A stretch of 64,000 nucleotides of DNA from positions 384,001 to 448,000 of the forward strand of contig OY969763.1 of NCBI GenBank assembly GCA_963702845.1, given 5' to 3'. The notes under the pieces are model-generated. The model had not been told where the DNA came from. It did not search any database and saw only the letters and a list, made by a program, of their open reading frames with translations. Within the stretch, counting starts at the first letter, position 1; each line of letters begins with the position of its first letter. The position numbers and the translations under genes were made by a program. The stretch comes from an uncultured Verrucomicrobiae bacterium (GTDB lineage Bacteria > Verrucomicrobiota > Verrucomicrobiia > Limisphaerales > Palsa-1400). Of the stretch, positions 28,566-40,259 are shown piece by piece.

Positions 28566-29302
28566 ATTCAATTCTCCAATTCAAAAATATCGAAAAGCGC
28601 TTCGGCCACATTGTTGCGTTGAACAACGTCACACTCGATGTCGAACAAGGCTGTGTTCTCGCGTTGCTTGGGCCCAATGGCGCCGGCAAAAGTACGTTGT
28701 TTGGTTGTTTGCTTGGCCTGATTTTCCCGACTGGTGGCGAAGTTTTGTTGCGTGAACAAAATGTGCGCGATTGCGACCGGTGCAGTTTTGGTTACGTGCC
28801 GGAACGCATCTCGTTGTATCCGCAACGCACGGTTTGGGAGAACGGACTGTTTTTCGCAAAGCTGCGTGGCCAAACCGCACACGAACTCGAAACCCAACTC
28901 AAACGCGTTGGTCTCTACAATGTGCACGATCGCAAAGTGCGCCAGCTTTCCAAAGGTATGTTGCAACGCCTGGGGCTCGCCATTGCCCTCTGCGGGCAGC
29001 CGAAGCTCCTCGTGCTGGACGAACCGTTCAACGGGCTCGATCCCGTGCTGCTCGAGCAATTGCAGAACATCTTGCGCGCTGAAAAAGAACGCGGTGCGAC
29101 GTTGTTGATTTCTACGCACACGATTTCCGCTGTTGAAAATCTTGCGACACACGTCGCGATTCTGTTGCAAGGCCAGGTCGCCGCCAGCGGCACTTTGGCT
29201 GAGTTGCGTGCGACATATCCGGACCACGCGTCGCTCGAAAGTATTTATCACACGATCGCGCGTCAAAGCCGCAACGTTGCCCCGGAGGAAATCGCGGTAT
29301 GA
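28562..29302 (+). CDS. nosF: ABC transporter ATP-binding protein
   Basis: GPNGAGKS, LSKGMLQR, LDEP. Lies between nosD and the permease. Confidence 0.88.
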   Translation: MNSILQFKNIEKRFGHIVALNNVTLDVEQGCVLALLGPNGAGKSTLFGCLLGLIFPTGGEVLLREQNVRDCDRCSFGYVPERISLYPQRTVWENGLFFAKLRGQTAHELETQLKRVGLYNVHDRKVRQLSKGMLQRLGLAIALCGQPKLLVLDEPFNGLDPVLLEQLQNILRAEKERGATLLISTHTISAVENLATHVAILLQGQVAASGTLAELRATYPDHASLESIYHTIARQSRNVAPEEIAV

Positions 29303-30189
29303 ACTCAGCCTTCCAAATCGCTTTCAAAGAATTCAGTGATCGTTTCCGCAGCGGATGGGTTATCGCCTGCACGGCGGTCTGGCTCGGCGCAATTGCGCTG
29401 ACGAGCTTGTTTGGCGTCATCCAAATCGGAAAAATCGGCTGGCAAGGGTATGAGCGCACGGTGGTCAGCTTGCTCAATCTGGTGCAATATCTCGTGCCGC
29501 TTCTGGCGTTGCTACTTGGGCACGACCTGGTAGTTAGCGAACGCGAAGACCGGACGATTGCGCTTTCAATCGCAAGCGGTGTGAGTCGTGCGCAAATGCT
29601 CGTTGGCAAATTTCTCGGTGGCTGTCTGGCGCTCGCGTTCCCGGTCACGCTTGGATTTGTCATCGCTGGCGTGGCGATTGGTTTGGGTGCTGGCCGCAAT
29701 GGCATCGGTAATTTTGTTGTGCTCGCCGTCTCCGGTTTGGGGCTTGGCATCATTTTCCTCGCGATTGGTTTGGTGATTTCAATTTTGTGCCGCACGCGCG
29801 TGCAATCCTTGGTTATCGCGTTGCTCCTGTGGTGCGCGGCTGTATTTGTGTTTGATCTCGTGGCGCTCGGCGTCGTCGTTTCGACGCGCACAAACGAAGC
29901 TGCTAAACAAATTGAAACCGTCACTGATGCCATGCACGTCAACACAGTCGCTGACATGCACCAAACGTTCGAGAGCGGTGTGGACAATGTTCCGAAAGCT
30001 AAGTCTGCAACGACGCGGATTCTGTTTTGGACGTTGCTCGCGAATCCGGTGGATTTGTTCCGCGCCGTTAATCTGCCGGCAACCGCCGAGGCGCAAGTGC
30101 CGGTTCCTGTCATCCCGCTGGCGTTTGCGTGCTGGATTACAGCTGCGCTCGGTGCAGGGTTTTGGCGGTTACGCCGTTTGGATTTATGA
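29299..30189 (+). CDS. nosY: ABC transporter permease
   Basis: SLLNLVQYLVPLLALLLG, SERE, NPVDLFR, multiple TM helices. Confidence 0.88.
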   Translation: MNSAFQIAFKEFSDRFRSGWVIACTAVWLGAIALTSLFGVIQIGKIGWQGYERTVVSLLNLVQYLVPLLALLLGHDLVVSEREDRTIALSIASGVSRAQMLVGKFLGGCLALAFPVTLGFVIAGVAIGLGAGRNGIGNFVVLAVSGLGLGIIFLAIGLVISILCRTRVQSLVIALLLWCAAVFVFDLVALGVVVSTRTNEAAKQIETVTDAMHVNTVADMHQTFESGVDNVPKAKSATTRILFWTLLANPVDLFRAVNLPATAEAQVPVPVIPLAFACWITAALGAGFWRLRRLDL

Positions 30190-31079
30190 AAACACGAACC
30201 ATCATCATTACGTTTATCGCGCTGACGTTGGCGGTCGTTGTGTCCGCTGTCGCGATTCATCGACAAATCCCCGCCACCAAACCGACTGCTGAACAAGCTG
30301 CCGAACAATCCTTCAACGTCAAAGGTCGTGTCGTCAGCATCGAGCCCGGAGGCAAGACTGTTCACATCGCGCATGAAGATATCCCCGATTTCATGTCGAC
30401 CATGACAATGCCGTTCACAATGAAACATCCCGAACAGGCCGCGGACCTTGCCCCGGGTGACGCCGTGAAATTTCATCTCGTCGTCACGAAGGATGATTCG
30501 TTTGTTTTAGCGATCGACAAAATCGCTGGAGCAACTCGCCCCATCGCCAAAGCCGCTGGTGAATCACACGCCAACCGCGTTGAAACCGGCGAAACGGTGC
30601 CCAATTTTCAATTGGTCGACCAAAATGGCGCGCCGTTGAAGCTGAGCGATTATCGCGGCTCGGCTGTGCTGGTGACATTCATTTACACGCGCTGTCCGTT
30701 GCCGAACTTTTGCCCGTTAATGTCGAGCCGGTTTTCGGAGTTGCAGGATCGACTGGCGAAGAAACTTCCCGGCAAATTTCACCTGATCAGCATCAGTTTC
30801 GATCCGGAATTCGATACCCCTGGCGTGATGAAAGAATACGGTAAACGTTTCGGCGCGCGGCAGAAGACGTGGTCGCTCACGACAGGTTCACAAAAACAGG
30901 TCGACGACGTCGCTGGGCTGTTCGGATTGATCAAAGAAAAAGATGCGAATGGCTACACACACGACTTGCGTACGGCGTTGATTTCACCCGAGGGCAAGCT
31001 CGTGCATATCTGGCGCAGTAACGTCTGGACGACTGAAGAAGTCGAATCCCGCATTTCTGAGGTTCTCGGGAATTCATAA
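30186..31079 (+). CDS. CusF-like copper-binding domain fused to SCO/SenC domain
   Basis: HEDIPDFMSTMTMPF (His/Met copper site), FIYTRCPLPNFCP, SISFDPEFDTP, conserved His in THDLRT. Confidence 0.85.
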   Translation: MKTRTIIITFIALTLAVVVSAVAIHRQIPATKPTAEQAAEQSFNVKGRVVSIEPGGKTVHIAHEDIPDFMSTMTMPFTMKHPEQAADLAPGDAVKFHLVVTKDDSFVLAIDKIAGATRPIAKAAGESHANRVETGETVPNFQLVDQNGAPLKLSDYRGSAVLVTFIYTRCPLPNFCPLMSSRFSELQDRLAKKLPGKFHLISISFDPEFDTPGVMKEYGKRFGARQKTWSLTTGSQKQVDDVAGLFGLIKEKDANGYTHDLRTALISPEGKLVHIWRSNVWTTEEVESRISEVLGNS

Positions 31080-31160
31080 TTCCGCCGCAGTTCACCTTTT
31101 GCAGCACGGAGGGCAACTTTTACCTTTTGCGTCCGGCACTTAGCCTTTAGCCTGCCTAAC

Positions 31161-32136
31161 ATGAGTCATCTGGCACGAGCCAGGAAAGTTTTTGATATCG
31201 AGCTCGCAGGCATCAAAGCCGTGCGCGGGCAACTCGACCGTTCATTCGATGCGGCAGTGGACCTGATCGTCGAGGCCTTGCGGCAACGAAACAAAATCGT
31301 TGTCGTTGGCGTCGGCAAATCGGGCAACATCGGCCGCAAAATCGCCGCCACCCTGACCAGCACCGGCTCAACCGCTGTCGAGCTGAACAGCGTCGATGCG
31401 CTCCACGGCGACTTCGGTGTCGTGGCTGATGGTGATGTGATATTTGCGTTGAGTTATTCCGGTGAATCCGAAGAAATCCTCGCGTTGATGCCGCACCTGA
31501 AACGATTCGCGGTTAAAATAATTGTCATCACTGGGTCGGCAAAGTCATCGATTGCGCGTTACAGCGACTCCGTCATCAGCGTCAAAATTCCCAAGGAAGC
31601 TTGCCCATTCAATCTGGCTCCCACAGCCAGCACGACCGCGACGTTAGTTGATGGGCGATGCGTTGGCGATGGCGATTCTCCAAGCGCGCGGCTTCAAAGA
31701 AAAAGATTTTGCGCGCCATCATCCCAATGGCTCGATCGGCCGCACTTTACTGCTAAAGACCAAAGACATCATGCGCACGGCAACATGAATGCGGTTGCCG
31801 ACAAATCACTGACCATCAAAGAAGCGTTGATGATCATGATCCGCGCCCAATCCGGCAGCATCAGTGTCGTCAATAAAGCCGGCAAACTTGTTGGCGTTTT
31901 CACTGACGGTGACCTGCGCCGCCACATGGCTAAAGACGATAATGCGCTCCAGAAGCCGATTGGAAAACGTGATGACGCCAAAGCCAATTTGCGTGCGCGA
32001 CGATGCGCTCGCGGCCGAAGCGCTTGAAGATTTTCAATGAACGCAAAATTGACGACCTGATTGTCGTCGAACGGAAAATACCGAACCCATCGGCCTGATC
32101 GATTCCCAGGATTTGCCAAAATTGAAATTGATGTGA
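31161..32136 (+). CDS. kdsD: Arabinose-5-phosphate isomerase KdsD/GutQ (frameshifted in this sequence)
   Basis: GVGKSGNIGRKIAATLTSTG, EACPFNLAPTASTTA, CBS motif GVFTDGDLRR. Frame switches near 31650, 31780, 31965 and 32075. Confidence 0.85.
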
Positions 32137-32197
32137 GAACGAACCTGATTCAAACTTCTCGCTGCAATCTTGTGCCGTCGGAGCCGTTTGCTTCAAC

Positions 32198-32923
32198 ATG
32201 AGTGCCCAGGAAAAACCACAGGACAAATTCCAACGCGCCGAGCATTTCGAGAAAAAAATCACGAAGACCGTTGAAGCCGATTATCTGCTGTTCCTGCCGA
32301 AAGGCTACGAAAGAAATAAAAAGCAATGGCCGCTGATGTTGTTCCTGCATGGAGCAGGGGAGCGCGGCACGAATGTCTGGCGCGCTGATATTCATGGCCC
32401 GAGCCGATACGTCGCCACGCATCCTGATTTCCCGTTCATTCTCGTTTCACCGATTTGTCCCGGTGGCGACGAGCATTGGTCGAACGAGACGCTCACCGCG
32501 TTGCTCGATTCAGTAATCAAAAAATACAACGCTGATCCCGAACGCATTTACCTTACCGGGCTGAGCATGGGCGGCTATGGCGCATGGAGTTTCGCGGTCG
32601 CGCATCCCGAAAAATTTGCGGCGGTGATTCCGATTTGCGGCGGTGGTGAAACAATTCACGTTCACCTCGGCCGTTTGGGTTATCTAAAACCGGAAACCAA
32701 AGAAGCTCTCAAGACGTTGCCGATTTGGGCATTTCACGGCTCGAAAGATTCCGCCGTGCCGGTCAACGAATCCGAACACATGGTCAGAGCGTTTAAAGCT
32801 CTCGGAAACACCGAAGTGAAGCTTACGATTTATCCTGGCGTCGAACATAATTCATGGGAACAGACTTACAACAATCCGGAAATCTACGACTGGCTTCTCG
32901 CGCACAAGCGTTTGGAGAAATAG
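32198..32923 (+). CDS. Alpha/beta hydrolase (predicted peptidase/esterase)
   Basis: FLHGAGERG, nucleophile GLSMGG, FHGSKD, HNSW. Confidence 0.85.
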   Translation: MSAQEKPQDKFQRAEHFEKKITKTVEADYLLFLPKGYERNKKQWPLMLFLHGAGERGTNVWRADIHGPSRYVATHPDFPFILVSPICPGGDEHWSNETLTALLDSVIKKYNADPERIYLTGLSMGGYGAWSFAVAHPEKFAAVIPICGGGETIHVHLGRLGYLKPETKEALKTLPIWAFHGSKDSAVPVNESEHMVRAFKALGNTEVKLTIYPGVEHNSWEQTYNNPEIYDWLLAHKRLEK

Positions 32924-34311
<1,388 letters not shown>

Positions 34312-34315
34312 GAGG

Positions 34316-35550
34316 TCAAATCTCCAAAAGGATGCGCGCGGGACTTTCGATGTTTTCCTTCACCCGCTTCAGAAAAGTGACTGCTTCGCGGCCATCGACA
34401 ATGCGATGATCATAACTCAACGCGACATACATCATCGGACGGATGACCACTTGGCCCTGCACGGCAATGGGTCGTTCTTGAATCGTGTGCATGCCGAGAA
34501 TTCCGTTTGAGGCGGGTTAACGATGGGTGTTGATAGCAGCGATCCATAAATTCCGCCATTCGTGATCGTGAACGTGCCCGGCTGCAGTTCGTCGGGTTTG
34601 AGTTTGTTCTCCTGCGCGCGTTTCGGGAAATCGGCGATGTGTTTTTCAGTTTCAGCAAAGCCAAATCGCTCGGCATTGCGCAGAACTGGAACAACCAAAC
34701 CTTTGCCGCTGCCGATGGCGATGCCGATGTCGAAGTAGTTGTGATAGACAATGTCATCACCGCGAATGGAAGCGTTTAATTGCGGTGTCGCCTTCAACGA
34801 TTCAATCGTTGCACGGACGAAGAACGACATGAACCCAAGTTTCACGCCGTGTTTCTTTGTGAAATTTTCCTGATGCTCTTTGCGCAATGTCATGACTTGT
34901 GAAATGTCGATTTCGTTGAAAGTCGTCAGCATCGCCATCGAATGCTGCGCTTCGACAAGTCGTCTTGCGACCGTTCGTCGCAAAGGCGTCATGCGCACAA
35001 CTTCTTCTTCGCGCTGTGGCTGTATCTCCGGCGTCGATGTGGGAGGTTGAACGTTGGACGTTGGACGTTGGTTTTTGCCCCTCTCGATGTGCCGCATGAC
35101 ATCTTCTTTAAGATGCGACCGCCGGGGCCGGTCGGCTGCACTTCTTCAGCGCTCGTTTCGGTTTCGGCCAACATCCTGTTGCGCGGCCGGCATTACGCGT
35201 CGTTTTGGTTCGGCGGTAGGGCGTGTCGTTCCGCGGCTGCCGCTTGGTTGCGGCGTAGCTGATTGTTCCTGTGTCGCGGGCCGAGCGGCGCGTGCTTCCT
35301 GCTGTGGTTTTGCGGCCGGATCAATTTCCGCGATGGTTTCGCCGATGCGCGCTTTGTCTCCCTTATGCTTCGTGATCTTGGTTAGAACCCCTGCGCTCGG
35401 TGCAGGCAGCTCAACCGTCGCCTTTTCAGACTCGAGGGCGACCACGTTCTCGTCCTTCTCAACCGACTCACCTTCGCGCTTAAGCCAATCGCCAATTTCG
35501 ACTTCGGTAATCGATTCCCCCACGGACGGCACTTTTAGTTCAATCGCCAT
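34316..35550 (-). CDS. sucB: 2-oxoglutarate dehydrogenase E2 succinyltransferase (frameshifted in this sequence)
   Basis: Lipoyl domain [10 protein letters not shown]...[35 protein letters not shown]. Several frame switches. Confidence 0.88.
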
Positions 35551-35614
35551 AATCCACCAGAATACAGTCAACCGTATTGACCAATTTGCAACCTGAGGAC
35601 TCCGGGCGTTGCTG

Positions 35615-36289
35615 CTAATTACCATGGACGGCCAGCAACCGTTCGGCGTCGGCGAGCCTCATTCGAACCTCTCTTAATTCACATTCCAGTTTATCGCGTT
35701 GCGCACGGATGTTATTTGCCTCACGCGATTCGCGGCGGATTTCCAATTGAGTCACCACAAATCGCGAAAGCACGCGCAACGCCTGTTCTTGAATCGGCGT
35801 CAAGTCGCGCGGCACTTGATCAAGGACACAAATTGTCCCAAGCATATAGCCATCTTTCGTGATCAAGGGAGCGCCGGCGTAGAAGCGAATGTTCGGTTTG
35901 CATTTGACCAGTGGATTATCGGCAAAACGGATGTCGGCCATCGCATCATGAACCACCAACAAACTGTCACCCAAAATGGCGTGAGCACAAAATGAGATGT
36001 TCCGCGACGTTTCGCTCACTGAAATGCCATAAGTCGATTTGAACCACTGCCGATTTTCATCAATCAGCGTGATGAGCGCGATGGGCGCTTCACAAATGCA
36101 GGCGGCCAATTCGGTGAGGTCGTCGAAGGCCTGTTCCGGCAATGTATCGAGAATGTCGTATTGCCAGAGCACTTCCAGGCGCTTTTTCTCGTTTGCCGCC
36201 AGCGGTGCGCTCGGACAACGTTGCGCCAAATGTTCCATGTACGCTTTATCCTGCTCCGTGACAGACAGAGATGGTTTGGGGCGTGGCAT
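35615..36289 (-). CDS. Stand-alone GAF domain protein
   Basis: EKKRL..L..Y.ILDT, RQWFKS, SFCAHAI, RFYAGAPL, GTICVLD, then a coiled coil with no output domain. Confidence 0.85.
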   Translation of the reverse strand: MPRPKPSLSVTEQDKAYMEHLAQRCPSAPLAANEKKRLEVLWQYDILDTLPEQAFDDLTELAACICEAPIALITLIDENRQWFKSTYGISVSETSRNISFCAHAILGDSLLVVHDAMADIRFADNPLVKCKPNIRFYAGAPLITKDGYMLGTICVLDQVPRDLTPIQEQALRVLSRFVVTQLEIRRESREANNIRAQRDKLECELREVRMRLADAERLLAVHGN

Positions 36290-36432
36290 AAAATCAATAA
36301 GACCGTGGTGCGACGCTGAATTCAACAGGCGCCAATGCGTTCCTTCGTATCCGAGACCGCATTATGACGCTCTCCGATGCGACACTATGATATGGCGTTG
36401 GAGGGCTGATTCTGCTATGAAATTGCGGGTAA

Positions 36433-36978
36433 ATGACAAAGCACATCCTAAACAGGACCAAGTGTTATCTCGTTGGTAACATTGAAAACGCAAATTCTCC
36501 CGAATCCTGGCGCGACAAAGTTAAAAACGAACTTAAATCGACTGGGATTACCTTTTTCGATCCCCTGAAGAAGCCGTTCCTTGATTCGATCAACGAAGAC
36601 AAGGAGCACATCGCCATGCTTCAACGGCTTCGTACGGAAGGCAATTTCGAGGAACTTTCGCGCATCATGAAAAAGATTCGCGTTGAAGACCTCAGCCTCG
36701 TCGACCGCTCCGATTTCATCATCGCCGTCGTTTCCGCGAAAACCGCCTCATGGGGCAGCGCGGAAGAAGTCTTCTGGGCCAACCGCATGAAGAAACCGAT
36801 TTTCCTCGTGGTGTCTGAAGGCAAGCGCGGATGTCCGTTCTGGATTTTTGGTACGCTCAAGCACGATCAGATTTTCGAAACAATCGACGATGTCATTGCC
36901 GAGTTGGCGAAAATCGATTCTGGCGAGAGGCAAATCGATTGGAGCCAGTGGAAGATTTTCCGCGAGGAATATCGCTAA
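36433..36978 (+). CDS. Nucleoside 2-deoxyribosyltransferase-like protein
   Basis: YLVG, WR, FFDP, DL..VDRSD, SWGSAEE, KKPI pattern. Confidence 0.65.
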   Translation: MTKHILNRTKCYLVGNIENANSPESWRDKVKNELKSTGITFFDPLKKPFLDSINEDKEHIAMLQRLRTEGNFEELSRIMKKIRVEDLSLVDRSDFIIAVVSAKTASWGSAEEVFWANRMKKPIFLVVSEGKRGCPFWIFGTLKHDQIFETIDDVIAELAKIDSGERQIDWSQWKIFREEYR

Positions 36979-37009
36979 ACTCGCAAGCCGTCCAGCGGCT
37001 GTGTCAAAG

Positions 37010-39581
37010 ATGAATCTTTGGATTCGTGCTCGCACGCAAACGGCTTTCCTTGAGTTGGTGGTCGCAAGCTCGCTCGCGATTTTTTGCTGTGCGTCAATTG
37101 CCGCGAGCGACCCGGTGCAGAAACTCACGATCGCGCCCGGGTTCAAAGTCACGCCCATCTATTCCGTCCCGCCGGAGCAAGGCTCATGGATTTGCATGGC
37201 AGCCGACCCTCAGGGTCGACTGCTCATCTCGTCGCAAATTCCCAGTTTCCCCAGTATCACACCAGCCCAACCAACTCTATTCCGCCTCACAATCGCGGAT
37301 CAAAAGGTCTCGCGCATCGAGAAAATTCAAAAGCGAGTTAGCGAACCGCAGGGCATGCTCTACGCGTTCGACAGTCTTTATGTCAATGTCAACGGTCCTG
37401 GCCCGGAAGGCACCGGCATTTACCGTCTTCGTCAGCGCGGGCGTGACGACTTCGATGACCCCGAGCTGATACGGTCGATCAATTATAGCGGCGAACACGG
37501 CTCACATGCGCTCGTCCTCGGGCCTGATAAAAAAATTTACATCGCGAGCGGGAATTACATCGATCACTCCCAACCGCCGAACAAAATTTCTGCCGCGTCG
37601 CCCTTTCAATCATTTCGGTGATGATCAATTGATTTGCCAATTATCCCGATGCGAAAGGTATTCCCGAAGGTGCCACAAACTCGCCTCGTGGAACGATTGC
37701 TCGAATGAATGCGTCGGGCGGCGAGTTCGAAATTTTCTGTGGAGGACCCGCAATATATACGACATTGCGTTCAATCAGGACGGTGAACTCTTTGGCTTTG
37801 ATAACGATCACGAACCGGATTGGGGCACTCCATGGTATCGTCCCTGTCTGCTTTATCACCTGGTCTCTGGAGCCGATTATGGGTTCCGCGAAGGCAGCGG
37901 CAAATTGCCCGACTACGATGAAGACATTTTGCCCGCGGTGAAAAAGGTCAGCATCGGCGCACCGACTGGAATCAAGTTCGCAACTGGAACAAAATTTCCG
38001 GAAAAATATCGAACCGCCTTGTTCATGTGCGAATGGAATTACGGACGAATCTTTGCCGCACATTTACAGCCGAACGGAGCCAGTTACACCTGCGACATCG
38101 AGACGATTGTCCATGGCAGCGCCCCTCAATGTCACCGACATCGAGGTAATGCCCGATGGCTCCATGTATTTCATCACTGGTGGACATGACACACGATCGA
38201 CGTTGTATCGGCTCGACTACACCAACCAGGTTCAAGCAACGGACGCTGTGGCATCTCAACCGGCAGAAAAGGGAGATGCCAAGCTTCGATCTGTCCGACA
38301 TCAACTCGAAATGCTTCACGGCGATCTGATAGTTCCGCCATCGAATTGATTTGGCCTTTCCTTGGCCACACCGACCGCGAAATTCGTTACGCTGCGCGGG
38401 TCGCGCTCGAATCGCAACCGGCGCGGAATTGGAAAGACCGTGCACTAAACGAAACGAATCCCGTTACAGCGTTGACCGCGCTTTTGGCGTTGGCGCGAGT
38501 TGGGGATAAAAATGTCCAGCCGTCGCTGCTTCAATCCATTTCGAAATTTCCTTTTGCGGCTTTGCCAACGGACGAAGCGATTTTGAAACTGCGAGTGCTC
38601 GAACTGAGCTTTATTCGCCAGGGCCGACCAGACGTCGATACTGGGGCTCGAATTGTCGCCGAGTTGAGTTCCGAATTTCCGTCAACGTCCGAACCTCTGT
38701 CTCGCGAACTTTGTCAGTTGCTCCTCTATCTTGGTGACCAGACAACTATCGCCAAAACGCTGCAACTTGCGCACGACGCGACGACTCGCGAAAGCCAGAT
38801 TTATTATTTGAACCGCCTAAGTTCGATTTCTAATGGATGGACCTTTGATCAGCGCAAAGATTATTTCCGTTTGGTGCGTGGGCCATCACGACCGGCCCCA
38901 GATGCGGACTTAGTCGCTCTCATCAAAGATGCCGGCACCGAATACACAGACGGAGGAGGGTTCGATAAATACCTCAAATTATTCCGAAATGAGGCTGCAA
39001 AGTCTTTAACCGTTCATGACCGGGTTTTGCTCAATGACGACATGTTCGAGCCTGCCGAAACGCGCGCCGGCTCCTTTAAAAAAAGGTTTGTCAAAAAATG
39101 GGCGGTGCAGGACCTCACGAACTCGCTGTCGCAGATCAATGAAACTCGCAATCTCGGCAACGGACGTATCGCCTTCGAATCGGCCAACTGTATTCTTTGC
39201 CATCGCTTCAAGCAAACTGGTCGCAGCGTTGGTCCTGATCTGACCGCCATCGCCCAACGCGCGACCGCCCGAGACATTCTTCAATCAATTCTCGAGCCGT
39301 CGAAAGTCGTCGCCGATCCGTATCGCGATACGATCTTCTTTCTCAAGACTGGCGATGTTTTCACAGGGAAAGTAATGGAGACGTCTGCCGACCAAATCAC
39401 CGTGTTAACTGATGAAATGAATCAACGGACCGTTTCGATCAAAAAGAGCGATATCGATAGTAGCCAAACTTCCAAAGTTTCTCCAATGCCTGAGGGGTTG
39501 GCAGATTATCTCACTGAAGCGCAAATTCTGGACTTGATCGCCTATCTACTGTCCGGAACCGACGCGAAAAGCGTTCATTAA
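37010..39581 (+). CDS. PVC-type heme-binding dehydrogenase domain protein (frameshifted in this sequence)
   Basis: GEHGSHA, RNIYDIAFN, GTPWYRP, CILCH, GPDLT, SPMPEGL fragments across at least five frames. Confidence 0.8.
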
Positions 39582-39602
39582 GCAGTTTGACCCAAGTAAT
39601 AT

Positions 39603-40256
39603 TTACAAACCGAGGATCGCGTGCAGTTCGCGAAAGTCGCTGATGGTGTATTTCGCCATTTTTGCGACTTCCGGTTTTTTGGGGTTGAACGCGACAGATA
39701 ATCCGACGCGTTCGAACACGGAAAGGTCATTCTCGTTATCGCCGATGTGGCAGATTTCTTCAGGAGAAACGTTATACTTCGCGCAGATTTCCGGAATGCG
39801 TAGGTGCTTTTCCCAGGTGGGCACGTCGTAATTGAGTGTGCCGGTGAAAACGCCGTCGCGATGATGAACGCGATTGCAGAAGGTGAATTCCATCTCCGTT
39901 TCGTCGGCGGCATGTTGACCGACTAAATCAACGCAGCTCGAGAGCAACCCGCGAACCAGTTTGCCTTTCGTCGCAGCGAGGAACTCCTTTACGCCGGCGG
40001 AGTAGGGGACGGGATACAAGACTTCGGCCGCTTGAGCGAGGGGGCGACCGACCAGGTCGCTGACGTCTTCTTCGGCCCATTGTTGGTCGAAGGTTTTCTT
40101 CGGGTAATATTTTTGGGTGCGGACGTCCCACTGTTCCTTCAATCCGTAAGCGAAACCAAGCGCGTCCCAACTCGAATGGAAAATGCTGCCAACTTCGGTG
40201 TAGGCGAACAGACAACCATCGCCGTCGATGGTCACGACTTTGATTTTGCTCGCCAT
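39603..40256 (-). CDS. HAD superfamily phosphatase (phosphoserine phosphatase-like)
   Basis: DGDGC motif I, LSS motif II, K, GDNEND motif IV, AFNPK. Confidence 0.8.
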   Translation of the reverse strand: MASKIKVVTIDGDGCLFAYTEVGSIFHSSWDALGFAYGLKEQWDVRTQKYYPKKTFDQQWAEEDVSDLVGRPLAQAAEVLYPVPYSAGVKEFLAATKGKLVRGLLSSCVDLVGQHAADETEMEFTFCNRVHHRDGVFTGTLNYDVPTWEKHLRIPEICAKYNVSPEEICHIGDNENDLSVFERVGLSVAFNPKKPEVAKMAKYTISDFRELHAILGL

Positions 40257-40259
40257 GGT

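Noticed and set aside
29112..30476. 454-aa minus ORF and other long antisense ORFs (e.g. 9409-10338, 15996-16955, 23516-24379)
   Set aside because: They shadow well-supported genes on the opposite strand, as expected in GC-rich DNA, and show no motifs.
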